Shown here: positions 56,236-64,000 of the stretch, in pieces
Position numbering within the stretch: the first letter of the stretch is position 1
Layout: the number at the start of each line of letters is the position of its first letter
NCBI GenBank assembly: GCA_951406725.2
Contig: OX597828.1
Span: 72,230,001 to 72,294,000 of the forward strand
Length of the DNA: 64,000 nucleotides
Origin: Octopus vulgaris
Taxonomy: Eukaryota
Direction: 5' to 3'
Notes under the pieces: generated by a model
Database searches by the model: none
The model's input: the letters and a program-made list of their open reading frames with translations, nothing else
Told to the model about the DNA's origin: nothing
Position numbers and translations under genes: made by a program

Positions 56236-57572
56236 AGGTACGTGCCATCAGTAATTATTCAGAGTAGACAGTTGGTGACGTTTATGTAGTAAAGAAATAA
56301 GCAAAACACAGGTGTGTGACTGAGTTGATGGCAGATTTACTTCTGCCTTTATAAAACGTAAAGAAAACATTGTTGTAGGAGTGTACGCAGCATGTGTATT
56401 ACAGCAGTTCTATGCATAGCTTTAATACTGAGATTGAAAGGCAGGGGTGAATTATGCCTACCTAATCTATGCAAAAATCAAATATTTTGCATTTTATGCA
56501 TAGTAATCAGAGTAACCTTCATAATTTTATTGAATTAGGTGCATATTTTGCCATAAAAGGAAACTGTTGCTATCGATCTATTTTATTCAAGGTAGGCACT
56601 GCCTGCCTTGCCTACCTCGGTGGCGCATCCCTGATATATATAGGCGCAGGCATGGTTGTGTGGTAAGAAGCTTGCCTTCCCATTTCATGGTTCTGGGTTT
56701 AGTCCCACTGCATGGAACCTTAGGCTTGTGTCTTCTATTATAGTCTCGGGCCAGCCAAAGCTTTGTGAGTGGATTTGATAGATGGTAATTGTAAGAAACC
56801 TATCATATATGTGTCTGTGTTTATCCCTTACCACTGCTTGACAACCGATGTTGGTGTGTTTATGTCCTCATAACTTAGCTTTTCTGCAAAAGTGGCTGAT
56901 AGAACAAGTTCCATTCGATTAAAATTCTTCAAGTTGGTGCCCCAGCATGGCCACACTCTAATGACTGAAACAAGTAAATAATAACAAGATAGATGTGCGT
57001 GTGTGTGTGTGTATGTATCTATAGACATATATGTTATATATATATGTATGTATATATAAATCTATATTAATGTGTGTATATATATATATATCATCATCAT
57101 CATTGTTAAGCGTCCGTTTTCCATGCTAGCATGGGTTGGATGGTTCAACTGGGGTCTGGGAAGCCAGAAGGCTGCACCAGGCCCAGTTTGATCCGGCAAT
57201 GTTTCTACGGCTGGATGCCCTTCCTAACACCAACCACTCCATGAGTGTAGTGGGTGCTTTTTACGTGCCACCGGCACAGGTGCCAGACGAGTCTGGCAAA
57301 CGGCCACGATCGGATGGTGCTTTTTATGTGCCACCGGCACGGGGGCCAGGCGAGGCTGGCAACGGCCACGAATGGATGGTGCTTTTTACGTGCCAGTCGG
57401 GGCGGCGCTGGCAACGGCCACAAAGGAATGGTTCTCTTACGTGCCACCGGCACTGGTAACTCAGCTGCAATTTCCATTGATCGATTTTGATTCTGATTCT
57501 CACTTGCCTCAACAGGGCTTCACAAGTAGAGTTTTGTGTCCCAAGAAGTGAAGGTATGCATAAGTGGGCTGG
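56236..57572 (+). repeat. Tandem duplication, copy 2
   Basis: Same start and order as copy 1, with small indels. The first ~400 bp is bounded by imperfect TIRs caggtacgtgcca / tggcgcatccctg. Confidence 0.93.
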
Positions 57573-57577
57573 CTACA

Positions 57578-57612
<35 letters not shown>

Positions 57613-57959
57613 ATATTGGATCTTGTATCCAAAAGATAAGCATACTCTAAGGAATAGAGCAGTAATGTATTTCCATGCAATTAAGAAGATGTCTAGTCAG
57701 AGTGACCAGAGGTTTCTCCACATCCATAAAGTGCTCGGCCTTTTTGACGTTTTGTGAGACACAATGGCAGATGCATCCACCACTGAGTTTGAAGAGCCAT
57801 CATTAATCCTAAATCCAAACGGTTTTGCACCTACGAAGTGCTTATCTTTACACACGTCTCGTCACACCGTAATGGCCAGTGGCCTGTAACCGTTCTACAA
57901 ATTGGTGGGAGAAAAGGCTGCACGGCCAGTTTTTGAATACATCGACAAAGAAGGGTCAA

Positions 57960-58282
57960 GTGCAAAGGATTGTCTCCCTTAGACCACTCCCTGGAACCCA
58001 TCCTGTCAACTTGCAGGTGCCGGAATTTTAGTCGGAATCACCAGAAGTGTAAGCAGAGCCTGAAGATTTCCATCTTGGAATTTAAGATGTTCTCAAGATT
58101 GAAGGCATTCTTTAATAGGCTCACCTGTTGCACTATGCACAGTTTGCAATGCTTGCTTTCATTGATGTAGGGACCTCGTTTTTGTAGGATCCTCCATGTG
58201 ATTACATATGGTGTCCTCTCGTCCTTCAGGTGCCACATGTGGATGGCCAAGGATGTGGCATAACATCTCTCCAGGTTCCTAA
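57960..58282 (-). mobile_element. Penelope-like retroelement GIY-YIG endonuclease C-terminal remnant
   Basis: ATSLAIHMWHLKDERTPYVITWRILQKRGPYINESKHCKLC...ILNSKMEIFRLCLH matches the TxLxxHxWxLK..IxWxIL..PY..CxLC..LN..E..CxH pattern of PLE endonucleases. Confidence 0.82.
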
Positions 58283-58309
58283 ACAAGTATTATATATATA
58301 TATATAATA

Positions 58310-58680
58310 CTTGGCTGTGTGGTAAGTAGCTTGCCTACCAACCACATGGTTCCGCGTTCAGTCCCACTGCGTGGCATCTTGGGCAAGTGTCTTCCTACTA
58401 TAACCTCGGGCTGACCAATGCCTTGTGAGTGGATTTGGTAGACGGAAACTGAAAGAACCCTGTCGTATATATGTATATATGTGTGTGTCTGTGTTTGTCC
58501 CCCTAGCATTGCTTGACAACCGATGTTGGTGTGTTTACGTCCCCGTCACTTAGCGGTTCGGCAAAAGAGACCGATAGAATAAGTACTGGGCTTACAAAGA
58601 ATAAGTCCCGGGGTCGATTTGCTCGACTAAAGGTGGTGCTCCAGCATGGCCGCAGTCAAATGACTGAAACAAGTAAAAGA
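58310..58680 (+). mobile_element. tRNA-derived SINE family A, near full length
   Basis: tggctgtgtggtaagtagcttgc (A box), gttcagtccc (B box), tail tgactgaaacaagtaaaaga. Confidence 0.92.
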
Positions 58681-58694
58681 GTATATATATATAT

Positions 58695-58734
<40 letters not shown>

Positions 58735-58738
<4 letters not shown>

Positions 58739-59201
58739 TCATCATCGTTTAACGTCCGCTTTCCATGCTAGCATGGTTTGGACGATTTGACTGAGGTCAG
58801 GCGAACCAGATGGCTGCACCAGATTCCAATCTGATCTGGCAGTGTTTCTACAGCTGGATGCCCTTCCTAACACCAACCACTCTGAGAGTGTAGTGGGTGC
58901 TTTTACGTGCCACTGGCATGAGGGCCAGTCAGGTGGTACTGACAACGGCCATGCTCAAATGGTGCTTTTTATGTGCCACTTGCACAGGAGCCAGTCCAGC
59001 AGCACTGGCAACAACCTCGCTTAAATGTTTTTGTTACGTGCCACCAGCACAAGTGCCAGAAAGGTGATGCAGGTAACAATCACGCTCGAATGGGGTTTTC
59101 ACCGTGCCATTGGCATGGATGCCAGCTTGTTGCTCTGGCAACAATCTCACTCGTATGGCACTCTTAGCACTCCACTAGCATGGAGGCCAGTCATCGAATT
59201 T

Positions 59202-59257
<56 letters not shown>

Positions 59258-59413
59258 TCATCATCATCGTTTAGTGTCCGCTTTCCATGCTAGCATGGGT
59301 TGGACGGTTCAACTGGGGTCTGGGAAGCCAGAAGGCTGCACCAGGCCCAGTCTGATCAGGCAATGTTCCTACGGCTGGATGCCCTTCCTGACGCCAACCA
59401 CTCCATGAGTGTA

Positions 59414-59415
<2 letters not shown>
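58735..59415 (-). mobile_element. Two adjacent SINE family C copies
   Basis: (cat)n-cgttta.[c/t]gtccgctttccatgctagcatgg at ~58735 and ~59255. Confidence 0.88.
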
Positions 59416-59464
<49 letters not shown>

Positions 59465-60269
59465 CTGTGTCGGTACTTTAGCAGTGTATATTATCATCAT
59501 CATCATTTAATGCCCAGCTTTCCTGCTGGTATGGGTTTGATGGTTTGACAAGATCTGCCAAGGCAGACAACTGCATCTGGTCCCCATTAAGGGCTTAGTG
59601 TAATGACTTGCTCAGGCTTCTCATGGATCAGGGGACCCAGTTTTTAACCACGTATGTTGTGGCTTTGCTATCAATAAATAAATATTACAGGGTCCAGTGA
59701 AATGGTTTGTTCAGAGAGCCCATGAATAATGCCATGATGGCCCTGAGCCTTTTAGGTTGTGCAAAGTGATGGCAAAACAGAAACCTGTGCCAATTCTACC
59801 ATTAGCACCAAAAAATGTTGCCTTTATTCTTGAACAAACACAAGGAATTTTAAGTAAAGACTCGTTGATCACCATTTGATCGTTTTGACTAAATGTCTGT
59901 CTATTTCTGTTGTGCTGCTGGAACAACTCGAAAAGCCTGGCTTGTCTGCTAGAATAGTTACAGAATGGTTTGGCCTGACACCTGCAAAAAGGTGTAAGTT
60001 CTGGGTATGTTATGTGTGAAAAAGAAATAGAAAACACTGACAGGATGATCATGGAGGGAAGGCCTTATAGACTGAGTAAATCAGTGATGGGTTAAAGCTA
60101 AACAATAACAACAACAACGTGTGTAAAGCTCAACAAAAACGTTTTGCTGATGAAGGTTTGTACTTCAAATAAAGATGGAAATTGCTCTAAGGGAGATAAT
60201 TTCAAGGGGGGACTACTGCTAAATCTGTTATTAAATTATTGTACGTGTGTGTATGTATATGTATGTTTA

Positions 60270-60309
<40 letters not shown>

Positions 60310-60471
60310 GGCGCAGGAGTGGCTGTGTAGTAAGTAGCTTGCTCATCAACCACGTGGTCCTGGGTTCAGTCCCACTGCGTGACACCTTCGGCAAGTGTCT
60401 TCTACTATAGCCTCAGGCCGACCAAAGCCTTGTGAGTGAATTTGGTAGACGGAAACTGAAAGAAGCCTGTC

Positions 60472-60473
<2 letters not shown>
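60310..60473 (+). mobile_element. SINE family A 5' half
   Basis: ggcgcaggagtggctgtgtagtaagtagcttgc...gggttcagtcccactgcgtg. Confidence 0.9.
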
Positions 60474-60526
<53 letters not shown>

Positions 60527-60544
60527 AATGTGTGTGTATGTGAA

Positions 60545-60893
60545 AAGCACTGCTGTTCTGTGCATGACTGGTTTTGAATTAGTTGCTCTCATGCCCCCTA
60601 TTCTCCTGATTTGACCCCATTTCACTATCGTCCGTTCCCCAACAGGAGAAACTGTGTCACAGAGATGATGATGATGTCCTGTCTGCTGTTGATGACTTTC
60701 TGAACAGCAGGATGGAAAGCTTCTTCACTAACGGGGGGTGGGGGGGGTGGGGGGCGGCGGCGGAATTCAAGCACTGCGCCATCGATGGAAGAAGTGTGTG
60801 GGCCTTAAGGGGAATTACGTTGTGAAGTAAACCTCATTTGTTCACATTCCACGAAGGTGCACTAGCGTATGAACTTTTCAGCCGACCCTTGTA
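60545..60893 (+). mobile_element. mariner transposase 3' remnant with right TIR
   Basis: GFELV..HAPYSPDL motif, then IQALRHRWKKCVGLKGNYV and terminal gaacttttcagccgacccttgTA. Confidence 0.85.
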
Positions 60894-61534
60894 TATCTGA
60901 TGCAATAGGATTAATTTGAGGATCATTAATAAGATAATTATTCATCATAACAGCAAAAATCATAAAGTATACGACAACAAAACTTATAAGTAACAAATAA
61001 TTAAAGACAAACAATTAACGATGTAGATTAATTGTAAGCCTCACCAAGTCATTTCTGAAAGCCTCATTAATATGTGTCAACCCTTTTGTTACCATCTTTG
61101 TCCTTTAATACCCTGTGTTTCTTGTAATCAATCTTGGAAATGGCAATTCAAGAAAAGAGTTCCACATTTCTTCCTTCTCAGTAGGGTCTGGCAGCTCATA
61201 ACTTGAACGTGCTGGTTGCTGTTGTCTTCCATCGTCAGAGTACCTCTCCTCCTTTCGTGTGATGTGTGCTCAAGGCAGATGGGATTCACAAGAGTAAGCA
61301 GACTCTGAGACGCAGTGGTGTTGTGGACCTCATTGTGTCCCTTTTTGGTCACAGCTGCCACTGATTGATGAATCTAAACAAGAGCTGAGGTTCCTGTTCA
61401 TAGGAATCAGTAAACAAATTTTTTTCTGATACCTTCTGATGTCTGCCAAACAGGAAAATAATTCATGGGGTACAGCAAGAATCCTAATGACAACACGTCC
61501 ATTTTCAATACAACTATCAGATACTGCATTTTCT

Positions 61535-61768
61535 TATTTCTTTATTGCCCACAAGGGGCTAAACATTGAGGGGACAAACAAGGACAGACAAAGGGATTAA
61601 GTCGATTACATCGACCCCAGTGCGTAACTGGTACTTAATTTATCGATCTCGACAGGATGAAAGGCAAAGTCGACCTCAGCAGAATTTAAACTTAGAATGT
61701 AACGGCAGACAAATTATCGCTAAGCATTTCGCCCGGTGTGCTAACATTTCTGCTTGTTCGCTGCCTTC
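61535..61768 (-). mobile_element. SINE family D, young copy with TSD
   Basis: Flanked by gatactgcattttct (61520-61534) and gatactgtattttct (61769-61783). Confidence 0.88.
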
Positions 61769-62299
61769 GATACTGTATTTTCTGGCATATAAGTGAAATT
61801 TATCAGACCTGAATTTACAACTAAAAAACGTAGGTTGACTTATACACCAAGATGACTTTGGAGAAACAAAAATTCCATATGAAATGCTGCAAGAAAGATA
61901 GTGAAGAAATTTGAAGATTTACACGTTTACACTTTCTGCCGTATTGACTTGTATGCTCGGAAAATGTGAGATTCATGCTTGAACTTGCCAGAAACCGTAT
62001 TGAGAATGAAGACATATGATTTTCTTTGAATTCTTTTAACTCTGTGTCCTTGAATGAAGAAAATGATTTTGTAAGTATTCTGCAGGTGTTGTTAGGAGCA
62101 TAAACAAACATGGAATTTTGGGGTGAGATTTTAATTTAGATAACTTTAAAACAAAAAATTTGCATGATAGAATCAAGATTGGCTTTTTGGTATCAATTAG
62201 GTTCAAATGAGTTTTTGAAATTGGAAAATGAGAATCTTGGATGGTTATACTTTGATTGTAAGTGGTTCTGTATCTTTTATCCTTTCTCTTTTGAACTGG

Positions 62300-62562
62300 T
62301 TTCACATATTGGGCTGTGGCCATGCTGGGGCATTACTTTGTAGGGTTCAGTTGAATGATTCAGCACCAGCACTTATTTTGTAAGCGTGGTTTTTATTCCA
62401 TCAGTCTCTTTTACCAAACTGCTAAGTTACTGAGGCATAAACAAACCCAAACTGCTTGTTTAGTGATGTCGGGAGGTAAGCACAACCACACACACACACA
62501 CACACACGTATACACACACACACATACACGTACATACACACACACACATACACACACACACA

Positions 62563-62594
<32 letters not shown>

Positions 62595-62654
62595 CTCTCT
62601 CTCACACACACACACACTCTCTCTCTCTCACACACACACATTCACACACACACA

Positions 62655-62685
<31 letters not shown>

Positions 62686-62885
62686 TCTCTCTCACACACA
62701 CACATACACATGTACATACAAACACACACACACGTACATACACAAGTATATATACATGTTATGGTGGTCTTCTTTCAGTTTCTGCCCACCAAATCTACTC
62801 ACAAGAAGATGCTTGTCCAAGGTGGCACACAGGGGGACTGAACACAGAACCTTGTGGTTTGGAATCTAGCTTCTTATCACCACAC
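62300..62885 (-). mobile_element. SINE family A-related copy with expanded (CA/CT)n interior
   Basis: gtggccatgctggggca tail and gggactgaac head in reverse orientation. Confidence 0.7.
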
Positions 62886-64000
62886 AGGATCATTTAAATT
62901 TATCTTTTGAAGGATGCAAAACTTGACCAACGAGGATTCATTTTTAAACAATACTGTAGTTGTTTGTTGTATTGTGTTTATTCAGATGTGTTTATTGATA
63001 AAAAAAAACAAAAACAGAAGAAAGACATTTCACAGATTAAGAGATAATTCACGGATTAAAAGATAATTCACAGATTATAAAGAAGAGACAATTCACAGAT
63101 TATTAGATCATTAGTAAACTTTACAAGTGAATTTATTCCACATTTTAACATGGATTACAGTGAAATTCCAGAGTAAATGTCGTACAAATAAAGTCATGGG
63201 TGAGAAACTAGAATTAGAAAGACACCTCACAGAATAGAAATATGTACAAAGGTACCAAAGGAAGATTCGGAGCAATGTTAGCATTCCTTAAAAGAAAAAT
63301 TTTGGAATTTTCCAAGAACTAAATAATAATTTTGGTTGTCATGACAACCATAACATGCCACTAATGTTGTGTAATTTTTTTTCCAGTACTAATTAGAAAC
63401 CGTAACTGGGAGAGTGTATATACAAGAAGAATTATAAGGAGAAATTGGTAATCTTGGGACATTGCTCGGAAATTCTTCCTCAATATTTATTATTGACAAA
63501 GAGTTTGGTTTTGTGTTTTTTTTTTATTTTTATTTTTTTCAGATTATTTTTTTTAAAATTCTGACTCTAAGCAATGTATATTAATTAGTCTAAATGATGG
63601 TAACTAATTACAGTTTTACTGAGAATCAAGTGGGTGAGTTCCGCACTGAACTGCAGGCAGAGAAATGACTCATGGTGGGGGGTGGAGGGGAATATTCTCA
63701 GGGACACCTTCTCTATGTAGAACTAATAGTTAAGTCAGTGCCAATATATTTAATACAGTAAACCACAAAAAGTTTAATGAATTTTAAAAATTATATCTGT
63801 AGCAAGAAGGGGGAAAAAAAAATCAAAAGCTTAATTAATTCTGCATAAGAAATGCAAGGGAGACAACTGTGAAATTTAAATTAATTAAAAATCCATTGGT
63901 GGACAGGGAGCTTGATCTTTGACAAGTATTGGAGATAACTCAAGGCATGTTTCTGTCTTATTAGAACTCTTCAGTGAAGCATATGTTTGTATTGGTACTT

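Noticed and set aside
60147-60175. CTGATGA with a short stem (also 28269, 30700)
   Set aside because: No correctly placed GAAA/UH or stem I, so not hammerheads.

Overview
AT-rich, microsatellite-dense animal genomic DNA. The SINE families and (TA)n/(CA)n load point to an octopus or other coleoid cephalopod (inference). Only one host gene is supported: the last four coding exons (+ strand, 8133-12316) of a DUSP8/DUSP16-type MAP kinase phosphatase (HCLAGISRS motif, S/T-rich tail ending GSLEIIQVS). Its rhodanese-domain exons lie upstream of the window. The rest is intron and a gene-poor downstream region with tRNA-derived SINEs, RTE and R4/Dong LINE remnants, a Helitron helicase remnant, mariner/hAT/piggyBac-type elements, a Penelope-like GIY-YIG remnant and a ~1.3-kb tandem duplication. 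Nearly all short ORFs in the supplied track are microsatellite or SINE noise. The most notable signal is a set of six elements, from about five unrelated sequence families and five of them foldbacks, carrying minimal type-I hammerhead ribozyme motifs (C[U/C]GANGA...GAAA...UH). The four complete cores are all on the minus strand, antisense to the DUSP gene. Also noted: several unique CpG-containing islands that fold by eye, and a dispersed AGTTRYCTCCCTT motif. All folding and homology calls were made by eye, without computation.
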